A stretch of DNA of 64,000 nucleotides from Octopus vulgaris. Lineage: Eukaryota. The translations under genes were made by a program, and so were the position numbers. This document shows, piece by piece, positions 1-13,437 of this stretch. Where the stretch lies: the NCBI GenBank assembly GCA_951406725.2, contig OX597817.1, positions 124,558,001-124,622,000 on the forward strand. The letters are read 5' to 3'. Under the pieces are notes generated by a model. It was not told the DNA's origin and did not search any database. It was given only the letters and a program-made list of their open reading frames with translations. Position 1 is the first letter of the stretch. Each line of letters starts with the position of its first letter.

Positions 1-3000
1 AAATCTTAGATGAAAATGTTTGATGAACGTGTATGATGTTTGAAAATGTCTGATGAAAATGTCTGATGAAAATGTCAGATGAATATGTATGATCAAATGT
101 TTTATGGATATGTATGATAAAATGTTTGATGAAAATGTTTAATGAAAACGTCTGATGAAAATGTCTGGGGAAAATATTTGATAAAAATGTCTGATGAATA
201 CGTTTGATAAAATATTTGATGAAAATGTTTAATGAAAATATCTGATGAAAATGTATGTTGAAAATGTTTGTTGAAAATGTTTGAGGAAATTGTTTGATGA
301 AAATGTCTGATGATTATGTCTGATGGAAATGTCTGATGAAAATGTCTGATGAAAATGTCTGATGAATATGTATGATAAAATGTTTGATGAAAATGTTTGA
401 TCAAAATGTCTGATGTAAATGTTTGATGAAAATATCTAATTAAAATGTCTGATGAAAATGCTTGATGATAATGTCTGATGGAAATGTCTGATGAAAATCT
501 TAGATGAAAATGTTTGATGAACGTGTATGATGTTTGAAAATGTTTGAAAATGTTTGTTGAAAATGTTTGATGAAAATGTCTGATGAAAATGTCTGATGAA
601 AATGTCAGATGAATATGTATGATAAAATGTTTTATAGATATGTATGATAAAATGTTTGATGAAAATGTTTAATGAAAACGTCTGTTGAAAATGTCTGGTG
701 AAAATATTTGATAAGCATGTCTGATGAATACGTTTGATAAAATATTTGATGAAAATGTCTTATGAAAATCTCTGATGAAAATGTGTGATGAATATGTTTG
801 ATAAAATGTTTGATGAAAATGTTTGGTGAAAATGTATAATTAACATATTTTATTAAAATGCTTTCATCAAACATTTTCATCAAAACTTTCATGAAATATA
901 TTCAACAAACATCAAAAATATCAGCAAATATTTATTACATATATATTCATCAAATATATTCCTCCAACATTTTGATTAAACATTTTCATCAAACATTTTC
1001 AACAAACATTTTCATAAAACATTTTCATCAAACATTTCCATCAGACATTTTCATCTGACGTTTTTATCAAAAAAATTTCACCATACACGTTCATGGATCA
1101 TTTTCATCAGACAGATTCCTCAATCATTTTCATCAAACATATTTCTTGAACATTTAAGTCAAACATTTTCAAAAATTTTCATTAAACATTTTGTCAAACA
1201 TTTTCATCAAACAGTTTAATCAGACATTTCCATCAAACATTTTCATCCGACATTTTCATCAAACATTTTTATGAAACACTTTCTTCATACATATTCAACA
1301 AACATTTTCATCAATCATTTTCATCAGACGATTTTTATGAAACATTTTCATCAAACATTTCCATCAAACATATTCATCAAATGTTTTTTATTAAACAATA
1401 TTATGAGACATTTTCATCAAACATTTTCCTCAAACATTTTCATATATCTTTTTTATAAATCATTTTCATGAAACACTTTCATGAAATATTCTCATCAGAC
1501 ATTTTCATCCTACATTTTCATCTCAGATTTTCATTACAGATTCCCATCAAACATTTTCATCAAGCATTTTCTGACATTTTCATCAGATATTTTTATCAAA
1601 CACTTTCCTCGTACATGTTCATCAAACATTTTCATCTAAGATTTTCACCAGAAATTTTCATCAAATATTTTCATAAAACATTTTCAACAAGCTTCATCAT
1701 CAGACATGTTTTTCAAGCATTTTCATCAATCATTTTCATTAGACAGTTTAATCCAATATTTTCATGAAATATTTTCAAATATTTTCATCAAAAAATTTCA
1801 TCAGACATTTTCATCAAACATTTTCATCTGACATTTTCATCAGACATTTTCATCAAACATTTTTATCAAACTTATTCATCAGACATTTTCATCAGACAAT
1901 TTTTGTCGAACAATTTCCTCAAACATTTCCATCAAATATTTTCATCAAATATATTTAATAAACATTGTCATCAGACATTTTGATGAAACATTTTCATCAA
2001 ACATTTTCATCAGATATTTTCTTCAAATACTTTCATCAAACATTTTAATCAGACATTTTCATCAAACCTTTTCATCAAACATTTTCATAAAACATTTACA
2101 TGAAACATTTTCATCAAACACTTTCATGAAATGTTTCAATATATATTTTCTTCAAACATTTTCATCAGACATTTTCATCAGATATTTTCATCAAAAATTT
2201 TCATCAAACATTTTAACCAAACATTTGCATCAGACATTTCCATCAAACGTTTTCATCATACACGTTCATCGAACATTTTCATCAAACATTTTCCTCAAAC
2301 TTTTCCATCAAACAATTTCATGAAACATTTTCATGACATTTTCATAAAATATTTTCATCAGACATATTTCTCAATCATTTTCAGGAGACATTTTCACAAG
2401 ACATTTTCATCAAACATTTTCATCTGACATTTTCGTCAGACATTTTCATCAAACATTTTTATCAAACTTATTCATCAGACATTTTCATCAGACAATTTTT
2501 GTCGAACAATTTCCTCAAACATTTCCATCAAATATTTTCATCAAATATATTTAATAAACATTGTCATCAGACATTTTGATGAAACATTTTCATCAAACAT
2601 TTTCATCAGATATTTTCTTCAAATACTTTCATCAAACATTTTAATCAGACATTTTCATCAAACCTTTTCATCAAACATTTTCATAAAACATTTACATGAA
2701 ACATTTTCATCAAACACTTTCATGAAATGTTTCAATATATATTTTCTTCAAACATTTTCATCAGACATTTTCATCAGATATTTTCATCAAAAATTTTCAT
2801 CAAACATTTTAACCAAACATTTGCATCAGACATTTCCATCAAACGTTTTCATCATACACGTTCATCGAACATTTTCATCAAACATTTTCCTCAAACTTTT
2901 CCATCAAACATTTTCATGAAACATTTTCATGACATTTTCATAAAATATTTTCATCAGACATTTTTCTCATACATTTTCAGGAGACATTTTCACAAGACAT

Positions 3001-6000
3001 TTTCATCAAACATTTTCATCAAACATTTTCATTCAGAAATTTTCTTCAGACATTTGCATCACACATTTTCATCAAACATTGTCATCAGACCTTTTAATGA
3101 AACATTTAATCAGATATTTTCATCAAACATTTTCATGAGACTTATCCATCATGCATTTTCATCCGACATTTTCATCAAACCTTTTCATCAAACATTTTCC
3201 TCAAATATATTCATCACACATTTTCATCAGTCATTATCATCAGACAATATTTATCAGACATTTTCATAAAACATTTCTATCATATATTTTCATGAAATAT
3301 TTTAAAATTTTCATCAAACATTTTCATCAATCATTGTCATCAAATATTTTCCGCAGACATCTTCTTCAAACATTTTCATGAAACATTTTCATCAAACATT
3401 TTCATGAAATATTTTTATATTTTCATCAAACATTTTCATCAATCATTGTCATCAAATATTTTCCTCAGACATCTTCTTCAAACATTTTCATGAAACATTT
3501 TCATCAAACATTTTCATGAAACATCTTCAGATATTTTCATCAGACATTTTCATCAAGATTTCCATAATATAAATTTAAAAAACATCAAAAATTGCAGCAA
3601 ATATTTTCATCAAATATTCATCAATCATTTTCATCAAACATTTTCTTCAAACAACTTCATCAGACATTTTATTCAAACATTTTCATCAAATATTTTCATC
3701 AGACATTTTCATCAAACATTTTCATCAAACATTTTCGTAAAATATTTTTTTCATCAAACATTTTCACCAAACACTTTCGTGAAACAATTTCGTTGGATAT
3801 TTTCATCAAACATTTTTATGAAACATGTTCATTAAACATTTTGAACAGACATTAATATCATACATTTTCATCAAACATTTTCATCAAACATTTTCATCTA
3901 AGATTTTCATTACACATTTTCATCAAACTTTTTCATCAATATTTTCATTAAACATTTTCTTCTGACATTTTCATCAGACATTTTAATCAAACATTTTCAC
4001 CATACATGTTCATAAAACATTTTCGACTCAGATTTTCATCAGACAATTTCATCAAATATTTTCGTCAGATATTTTCATCGAACATTTTCTCCAAACATTT
4101 TCATCAGACATTTTCATCAAGCATCATCATCAAACATTTTCCCCAGACGTGTTCTACAAGCATCTTCATTTAACATTTTCATCAAGCATTTTCATCAAAC
4201 ACTTTCATGAAACAATTTCAGTAGATATTTTCATCGAACATTTTCATAAAACATTTTCATGAAACAATTTATCAAACATTTTAACCAAACATTTTGTTGA
4301 ATTTGATGAAAATGTCAGATGAAAATATCTGAAGAAAATGTTTGATGAAAATGTTTGATGAAAATATTTGAAAAAATGCTGGATGAAAATGTCTGATGAA
4401 AGTGTTTGATCAAAATATTTGATAAAATGTTTGATGAAAATGTCTGATGAAACTTTTTGGAGAAAATATCTGATAAAATGTTTCATGAAAATGTTTCATG
4501 AAAATGTTCGATGAAAATGTCTGAACATGTTTGGTGAAAATGTTTGAAGAAAATGTTTGATTAAAATGTTTGATGAAAATATTTCAGGAAAATATTTGAT
4601 GAATATATATCTCATGAAAATATTTGCATCAATTTATGATGTTTATTGTATATATTTGATGAAAATTTTGACACTTTCATCAAACCTTTTAGTGAAACAT
4701 TTTTATCAAACATTTTATCAAGCTTTATCATCAAACATTTTCATCAGACATTTTCATCAAACATTTTCATCAGACATTTTCATCCGTCATTTTTATCAAA
4801 AGTTTTCATAAAATATTTCCATCCAATATTTTCACCAAATATTTTCATCAAGCTTTTCCATCAGACATTTTCATCAAACATTTTCATCAAACATTTTCAT
4901 CAAACATTTTCATCAAACATTTTCATCACATATTTTCATCGAACATTTTCAACAAATATTTTCCTCAGACATTTTTATTCAGACATTTTCGTTAGAGATT
5001 TTCATCAAACATTTTCATCAGACATTTTTTTCAGACATTTGCATCAGATATTTTCATCAAACATTTTTATCATACACGTTCATCAAACACTTTCATGTCA
5101 GATTTTCATTAGAAATTTTTATCAAACATTGTCATCAGACATTTTAATGGAACATTTAATCAAATATTTTCATCAATCATTTTCATGAGACTTATTCATC
5201 AAGCATTTTCATCCGACATTTTGATCAAACCTTTCCATCAAACATTTTCTTCAAATATATTCATCACACATTTTCATCAGACAATATTTATCGGAGATTT
5301 TTATAGAGAATTTTATCAAACATTTTCATCAAACATTTCTATCAAACATTTTCATAAAATATTTTTATATTTTCATCAAACATTTTCATCAATCATTGTC
5401 ATCAAACATTTTTTTTAGACATCTTCTTCAAACATTTTCATAATACATTTTCATCAGATATTTTCATCAAACATTTTCATCAAACATTTTCATCGAACAT
5501 TTTCAAAAAACATTTTCAAAAAACATTTTCAAAAAACATTTTCATCAGACATTTTTATCCAACATTTTTATCAGACATTTTCATCAATCATTTTCATCAG
5601 ACATTTTCATCGGACATTTTTATCAAAAATTTTCATAAAATATTTCCATCAAATATTTTCATCAAACATTTTCATCAAGCTTTTCCATCAGACATTTTCA
5701 TGAATCATTTTCAAAAAACATTTTCATCAAACATTTTCATCGAACATTTTCAACAAACATTTTCATCTAACATTTTCCTCAAACATTTTCATCAGACAAT
5801 TTCATCAAACATTTTCATCAGACATTTTCATCAAATATTTTTATTAAACATTTTCATCAAACATATTTATCAAATATTTTAATCAGACATTTTCATCAGA
5901 TATCTTCATGAAAGATTTTTATCAGCCATCTTCATCCAGCATTTTCATCAAGCATTTTCCTCAAGCATTTTGTTCAGATATATTCATCAGACATTCTCAT

Positions 6001-9000
6001 CAAACATTTTCATAAAACCTTTTATCAAATATCTTCATCAAACATTTTCATAAAACCTTTTATCAAATATCTTCATCAAACATTTCTATCAGACATTTTT
6101 ATCAAACATTTTTATCAAACGTTTCCATCAAACATTTTCATCAAACATTTTTATTAAACATTGTCATTAGACATTTTCATCAAGCATCTTCATCAAACAT
6201 TTTCATCAGACATGTTCTTCAAGCATCTTCATTTTACATTTTCATTAGACCTTACATCAAACATTTTCATGAAACATTTTCAAACATTTTCATTCAGACA
6301 TTTTATCAAGTTTTTTCTTCAAACGTTTTCATCAGACATTTTCATGGAACATTTTCATCCGTCATTTTTATCAAACATTTTCATCAAACTTTTTCATCAA
6401 ACATTTTCATCAGACATTTTCTTCAGACATTATCTTCAAATATATTCATCAAATATTTTTATCAAACATTTTCATCAAAACATTTTCATCAAACATTTTC
6501 ATAAAATAATTTCATCAAACATTTTCAGTAGATATTTTCATCTAACATTTTCCTAAAACATTTTCATGAAACAGTTAATCAAACATTTTAACCAAACATT
6601 TTTTTGAACTTGATGAAAATGTCTGATGAAATATATGAAGAAAATGTTTGATGAAAATGTTTGATGAAAATATTTGTTAAAATGCTTGATGAAAATATGT
6701 AATGAAACTATTTGATTAAGATATTTGATAATGTATTTGATGAAAATGTCTGATGAAAACGTTTGAAGAAAATGTTTGATAAAATGTTTCATGAAAATGT
6801 TCGATGAAAATGTTTGATGAACATGTTTCATGAAAATGTTTGAAGAAAATGTTTGATGAAAATTGTTCAGGAAAATATTTGATGAAAATATTTGCTGCAA
6901 TTTTTGATGTTTTTTGAATACATCTGAATACACTTTCATCAAACCCTTTTGTCAAACATTTTTATCAAACATTTTCATCAAACATTTCCATCAAACATTT
7001 TCATCAAACATTTTTATTAAACATTGTCATTGGACATTTTCATCAAACATTTTCATCAGACATGTTTATCAAGCATCTTTATTTAACATTTTAATTAGAC
7101 CTTACATCAAACATTTTCATGAAACTTTTTGAAACATTTTCATCAGACATTTCATCAAGTTTTATCTTCAAACATTTTCATCAGACATTTTCATCGAACA
7201 TTCTCATCCGTCATTTTTATCAAACATTTTCGTCAAACTTTTTCATCAAACATTTTCATCAGACATTTTCTTCAGACAAATTTTTTCAAAATGTTTGATG
7301 CACATGTTTCATGAAAATGTTTGATGAAAATGTTTGATGAAAATTGTTCAGGAAAATATTTGATGAAAATATTTGCTGCAAGTTTTGATGTTTTTTGAAT
7401 ACATCTGATGAATATTTTGACACTTTCATCAAACCTTTTTGTCAAACATTTTTATCAAACATTTCATCAAACATTTTCCTCAGACATTTTCATCAGACAT
7501 TTTCATCAAACATTTTCATCAGCATTTTCATCACATTTTCTTCAGACATTTTCATCAAACATTTTTATTAAACATTTTCATCAAACATGTTTATCAAATA
7601 TTTTAATCAGACATTTTCATCAGATATCTTCATGAAAGATTTTCATCAGACATCTTCATCAGGCATATTCATCAAGCATTTTCATCATGCATTTTCTTCA
7701 GATATTTTCATTAGACAATTTCATCATACATCTTTATTAAACTTTTTCATTAAACATTTTCATCAGACATTTTCATCAAACATTTTCATAAAACTTTTTA
7801 TCAAATATCTTCATCAAACATTTTCATCAGACATTTTTTGAAACATTTTCATTAAACATTTCCATCAAACATTTTCATCAAACATTTTTATTAAACATTG
7901 TCATTGGACATTTTCATCAAGCATCTTCATCAAACATTTTCATCAGACATGTTTATCAAGCATCTTTATTTAACATTTTCATGAAACTTTTTGAAACCTT
8001 TTCATCAGACATTTCATCAAGTTTTATCTTCAAACATTTTCATCAGACATTTTCATCGAACATTCTCATCCGTCATTTTTATCAAACATTTTCGTCAAAC
8101 TTTTTCATCAAACATTTTCATCAGACATTTTCTTCAAACAAATTTTTTCAAACGTTTTCGTCAAATATGTCAATGAAATATTTTCATCAAACATTTTTAT
8201 TAAACATTTTCATGAAACATTTTCATCAAACATTTTCATCAGACATTATCTTCAAACATTTTCATGAAATAATTTCATCAAACATTTTCATCAAACACTT
8301 TCATGAAACATTTTCAGCAGATATTTTCATCTATCATTTTCATAATACATATTCATGAAACAGTTTATCAAACATTTTAACCAAACATTTTTTTGAACTT
8401 GATGAAAATGTCTGATGAAAATGTTTGATGAAAATATTTGTTAAAATGCTTGATGAAAATATCTAATGAAAATGTTTGATGAAAATATTTGAAGAAAATG
8501 TTTGATAAAATGTTTCATGAAAATGTTTCATGAAAATGTTCGATGAAAATGTTTGATGAACATGTTTCATAAAAATGTTTGAAGAAAATATTTGATGAAA
8601 ATGTTTGATGAACATGGTTCAGGAAAATTTGATGAATATATTTGATGAAAATATTTGCTGCAATTTTTGATGTTTGTTGATTACATCTGATGAAAATTTT
8701 TTTATCAAACTTTTTTGTCAAACATTTTCATCAAACATTTCTTCAGACATTTTCATGAAACATTTTCATCAAACTTTTCATCAAACATTTTCTTCAAACA
8801 TTTTCATCAGACATTTTTATCAAACATTTTCATCAAACATTTTCATCTGACATTTTTATCAAACATTTTCATCAAACATTTTCATTTGACATTTTAATCA
8901 AACATTTTCAGCAAACTTTTTCATCAGGCATTTTATCCGACATTTTCATTAGACATTTTAATCGACGATTTTCATCAAACATTTTTCATCAAACATTTTC

Positions 9001-9895
9001 ATCAGTCATTTTCTTCAGACATTTTCATCAAACATTTTTATAAAACATTTTCATCAATCATGTTTATCATATATTTTGATCAGATATTTTCATCAGATAT
9101 CTTCATGAAAAATTTTCATCAGACATCTTCATCAGACATTTTCATCAAACATTTTCATCAAGGATTTTCTTGAGATATTTTCATCAGACATTTTCATCAA
9201 ACATTTTTATCAAGCATTTTCATAATATTTTTTATCAAATATCTTCATCAAACATTTTTATCAGACATATTCATCAAACATTTTTATCCGATATTTTCAT
9301 CAAACATTTTCATCAGATATTTTCATCAGACATTTTTATCGAACATTTTCATCAAACATTTCCATCAAACATATTCATCAAACATTTTTATTAAACATCG
9401 TCATTAGACATTTTCATCAAACATTTTCATCATACATTTTCATCAGATATCTTCATGAAAAATTTTCATCAGACATTTTCATCAAACATTTTCATCAAAC
9501 ATTTTCATAAAACTTATCAAATATCTTCATCAAACATTTTTATCAGACATATTCATCAAACATTTTTATCCGATATTTTCATCAAACATTTCCATCAAAT
9601 ATTTTCATCAGACATTTCTATCAAACATTTTCATCAAACATTTCCATGAAACATTTTCATCAAACATTTTTATTAAACATTGTCATTAGACATTTTCATC
9701 AAACATTTTCACCATACATTTTCATTAAACCTTTTCATCAGATATTTCATCGAACATTTTTATCAAACATTTTCATGAAATATTTTCGTGAAACATGTTC
9801 ATGAATCATTTCCATCACTCATTTTTAGGAAACATTTTCAGCCAACCTTTTCAATATTTTCACCAGACACTTTAATCAAAAATGTTTATCCAATA
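1..9895. repeat. 13-bp satellite array (consensus AAACATTTTCATC / AGACATTTTCATC) with alternating orientation blocks; extends beyond window start
   Basis: Hundreds of degenerate tandem monomers. Reverse orientation (GATGAAAATGTTT) at ~1-845, 4297-4668, 6606-6928, 7288-7419, 8396-8698; forward elsewhere. Confidence 0.97.
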
Positions 9896-9964
9896 TCTTT
9901 TATACATACTACTTTTCATTGAGCTCATTGTCCTTACTGCCCCCACCTCCTCGTTCTACGTTAA

Positions 9965-10345
9965 ATATATGGCTAGGTTCTGAGAAACCTCAGTACCATG
10001 CACCAGGAAACTGTGCAGGACATTCGTCTTTAGCCGTCCAAATTAATGTTCTCAACTATGGCTTTTTCACCTTTGGAAAATTTGCTGAACTGCAGGTAGT
10101 TCAGAGATAGTATACGAGGAACATTGCTGAGCTACTGGGAGAGAGTAAAGTAGGTACGACTGTACTTCCTGGAGCAAAGATGTGAGGCATACACAGTGAT
10201 ATATGAATGGTAGATACGGAAGAGTCTGGCACCATAATTTGCGATTGAGTTATACCACACCTACAAATGGAGGTCACATCTCCGTTCCAAAAGTGCCAGC
10301 TTGCACATCTAGGGCGAGGAATATACACTTCAATAGCTATGGATT
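9965..10345 (+). mobile_element. Degraded CR1-group LINE ORF2 C-terminal fragment
   Basis: Hand translation across stops and frameshifts: ..CSQLW..AELQVVQR*YTRNIA..YWERVK*VRLYFLEQRCEAYTVIYEW*I..VPKVPA... This matches the CR1-type post-RT motif (YCSQLW..LE.IQR..SYWERLK.L.LYSLERRRERY.VIY.WKI). Confidence 0.75.
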
Positions 10346-10433
10346 AATCTGGCGCTTTGGCAAGACAGCTCCCTCCTCCACGAACTACAGTTAATCCGGC
10401 ATTTAGCATTACTGCCTCTCTTCCATGGACTAC

Positions 10434-10478
<45 letters not shown>

Positions 10479-10494
10479 GGACGGACAGATAGAA

Positions 10495-10730
10495 AAACAG
10501 AAAAACACTCAGCTGAGTACCAATATCACCATGATGAGAACACCGTATCTGTTGTTGATGACCATTTTGATCAACAGAAAAGCTTCTTCACCAGTGCGAT
10601 CCAAGCACTGCAACTACTAATGGAAGTGTGTGGACAGTAAGAGGAACTATGTTAGAAAATGAACTTCATTTGGTCACATTCCATTGAGAGTGTCTTGCTC
10701 AGATTATGAATATTTCAGCTGACCTTCATA
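10495..10730 (+). mobile_element. mariner-type transposase 3' remnant with degraded right TIR
   Basis: ORF 10425-10640 ends EKHSAEYQYHHDENTVSVVDDHFDQQKSFFTSAIQALQ, then a frameshifted WKCVD..NYVRK. This resembles the mariner C-terminus (KKHL.G..Y..DD.V..AV..FF.QQD.SFF..GI..L..RWKKCV...GDYVEK). Ends in TIR-like ...TTCAGCTGACCTTCATA. Confidence 0.7.
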
Positions 10731-11219
10731 ATAATAAAAATTATTATTATACCTGCATTTGTTTTAATGTTAACATTGGAAAAATCCACATTTTTCATTA
10801 AAAAATTAGGACCTGGGTTTGCACCCCCATAACAAATTTTGTTGCTGGGCCACTGTGTGTGTGTGTGTGTGTTTCATTTTGTGTTTTTCTCCATTCTCAC
10901 AATTTGTTTTAAACTACTGTTCTGTCAGAAAACCGAATATATTTTTCCTATTACCGACCTCATCTAATTTTGTATATTTTTTTTTTTTATTCCCTTGTTC
11001 ATTTCACACATTCTCTTATCTATACCCTGCCTTCTACCATATTGTTGGTATCACCAGATTGAATAATATTGTCAGAAGATGTTGAAATTGCGATGATAAC
11101 TGGTCAACAACTGACAAGTGGTTTGAGTGTTTTTCTATTTCTTTCTCTTGTGTCTTTATATGTTTTCCCATAAATTACTTTCTTCACCCTCTCAGCAACA
11201 TTTATTGTTATATCTATAT

Positions 11220-11283
11220 CTGTGTGTGTGTGTGATTTGTGTGTGTACATGTGTGTGTGTGTGGGTGTATATATATATATATA

Positions 11284-11315
<32 letters not shown>

Positions 11316-11334
11316 GATACACATATATATACAC

Positions 11335-11365
<31 letters not shown>

Positions 11366-11403
11366 CCTATATATGTATATATATATATGTGTGTGTGTGT
11401 AGG

Positions 11404-11435
<32 letters not shown>

Positions 11436-11614
11436 AGTATATATATGTATGTATGTATATAGATTCATGCATATTATTTTATTCTTATATTCTTTTACTT
11501 GTTTCAGTCATAAACCCATCCACAAGGATACACATGCATAAATATATATATATACATGTATACACGTGTATGTTTGCGTGTGTGTGTATACATACATATA
11601 TATATTTATATATA

Positions 11615-11651
<37 letters not shown>
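11220..11651. repeat. Compound (TG)n/(TA)n microsatellite cluster
   Basis: Direct inspection. Confidence 0.95.
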
Positions 11652-11655
<4 letters not shown>

Positions 11656-11900
11656 GGAATTTGCAAAAAAACAAAATATAGAGACAAGTGTGTAAACAAT
11701 AAGCAGTTGTATTAGTTTAATGCTCAGGAAGGTGAGAAAATCTTTTATGTTTTGAGCCTACGCTCTTCAGCAGAAAGGAAGACGAGAAGATAAACAGAGA
11801 GAGAATGAAAGAAGCTTTAGTGGCTATCAGTCAATCATGGTGATGGCTGAACAGGTGGTCGGACAGGAGAGCTAGGAAGAAGGGGAGATAATAATGTAGT
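11652..11900 (-). mobile_element. Penelope-like element terminal relic
   Basis: Same layout as the 49.2 kb and 61.9 kb copies (..GCTCAGGAA..TTTTGAGC-CTAC-GCTCTTC.GCAGAAAG..), with a degenerate hammerhead-like core on the minus strand. Confidence 0.45.
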
Positions 11901-12046
11901 GGTCATTCCAAAATGAAGGTGCTTGTGCATGTGTATGTGAGAGCATGTGTTTGCATGTAGATAGGGGCTGGTGACCTTGACGTGGGGGTATGTGCATGTG
12001 TAGGTGTGTGGATGATGGTGCGGGTGTTGGAAGGTGGTCAGTACTA

Positions 12047-12340
12047 GTGTGTGTGGAGTGGTGTGATGTGGTGTGGTGTGGTGTGATGTAGTGGTGTGTG
12101 GTGTGGTGATGTGTGGTGTGTGTTTTGTTGTGGTGTGATGGTGTGGTGTAGTGTGGTGGTGTGGTGATGTGTGGTATGTTGTGTTGTGGTGTGGTGCTGT
12201 GTTGTGTGGTGGTGTGTGTGTGGTGGTGTGTGGTGTGGTGATGTTGGGGTGTGAGAGATACAAGGGTGGGGGATGCAGGAGTGGGAGATGCAAGGGTGGG
12301 GTATAAAGGTGGGTGTGGGTTGGGATGAGAGTGTGGGGGT
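12047..12340. repeat. GT-rich low-complexity tract ((GTG/GTGTG)n)
   Basis: Direct inspection; source of the His/Thr/Pro-rich pseudo-ORFs. Confidence 0.9.
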
Positions 12341-12346
12341 ATGGCA

Positions 12347-12498
12347 GGCTTCTCTCAGTTTCTGTCTACCAGATTCACTCACAAAGCTTTGGTCAACCTG
12401 TGGCTATAATAGAACATACTTGCCTAATGTACCACACAGAGGGATTGAACCTAGATCCATGTGGTTGAGAAGCAAGCTTTTTATCACACAGCCATACA
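12347..12498 (-). mobile_element. tRNA-head SINE, family C (CORE-like centre), 5' part
   Basis: Homologous to 21565-21700 and 47815-47950; the minus strand reads GGCTGTGTGATAA..GGTTCAATCCC (A/B-box-like). Confidence 0.75.
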
Positions 12499-12744
12499 AC
12501 TCATACATACGTGCTTACATATGAAGTATCAGATAAATATATTTGGAATCTCTTGAGAACCTAAAGGTCTCATTTCATTTTCTGTATAATAAAGATTGCT
12601 TGGTGACTTAGTAAATTATCTATAACTTTATTGTAATTTTACATATTGGTTTCAAATTTTGGTACAAGGCCAGCAACTTTGGGGTGGTGGATGAATGGCA
12701 AAGTCAATTTTCATTCACAGCGGAATTTTAACTTGGAATATAAA

Positions 12745-13250
12745 GATGGATGAGTATTTTACCTCAGTAAGATACTTGGAGTTGTGAAAAAAGGTTGAGT
12801 ATGAAAGTGAAAATAGGTGTGTATGAGGGTATGGTTGTGCTGACAATGTTATATGGTGCAGAGACATTGGGGTTGAGAGAAGTGGAAAAGAGGTAACTAG
12901 TAGATGTGTTTGAGATGAGATGTCAGAGGGCTGTGGTTGGTGTGTCATGGATGGATAGGGTGAGGAACGAGGAGGTGCGAAGGCGAGTAGGGATGAGAGA
13001 AAACCTAACAACTAAAATGGATAGATGAATGTTGATGTGGTTTGATCACATGAAGAGGATGGATAAGGAGAGGATGGTAAGAAGGATGATAAAGGCAGAA
13101 GTGGTAGACAGCTGAACCAGAGGCAGACCTTGTTTTGTGTGGATGGACAGCATAACTTTGGTGGTTAGGGGTGTTGGAGTGAGAGAAGCAAGAGAGTTTA
13201 TAAATGATAGGAAAGCTTGGAGGGTGTTCATGGACGAGTGAATTTGATGT
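12745..13250 (+). mobile_element. RTE-clade LINE 3' ORF fragment
   Basis: Translates GMVVLTMLYGAETLGLREVEKR..DVFEMRCQRAVVGVSWMDRVRNEEVRRRVGM..WFDHMKRM..RGRP..WMD, the typical RTE C-terminal motifs (LYG.ETW, FEMRC, D.VRNE.VR, W.GH..RM, RGRP..W.D). Confidence 0.85.
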
Positions 13251-13437
13251 TGCTCAAAGGGGCAACCAGCATGATACAGTGGGTGTAAACCAGCATATAA
13301 TGTCAGGCCTGATGCTGATACTGGGGGTTGTGTTCTATGCCTTGACCCGAGCATAAAACGAGGCTTATCTCTTTGAGCTGAGAAATGTGTCTTGTTGTGG
13401 CTACCCACTTCTAAAAAATGAGGAATAGGCTTTAGTA

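Noticed and set aside
102-9649. Dozens of ORFs with IFIKHFHQTFSSN repeats, superficially like C2H2 zinc-finger His spacing
   Set aside because: The 13-bp monomer has no stop codon on one strand, so three monomers give a 13-aa repeat automatically. There are no Cys pairs, and ORF strand simply follows satellite orientation.
11104-12382. YIYI/THTH/His-Thr-Pro-rich ORFs (also at 39.3-39.9, 42.3, 46.3 and 55.3 kb)
   Set aside because: Translations of microsatellites and low-complexity tracts.
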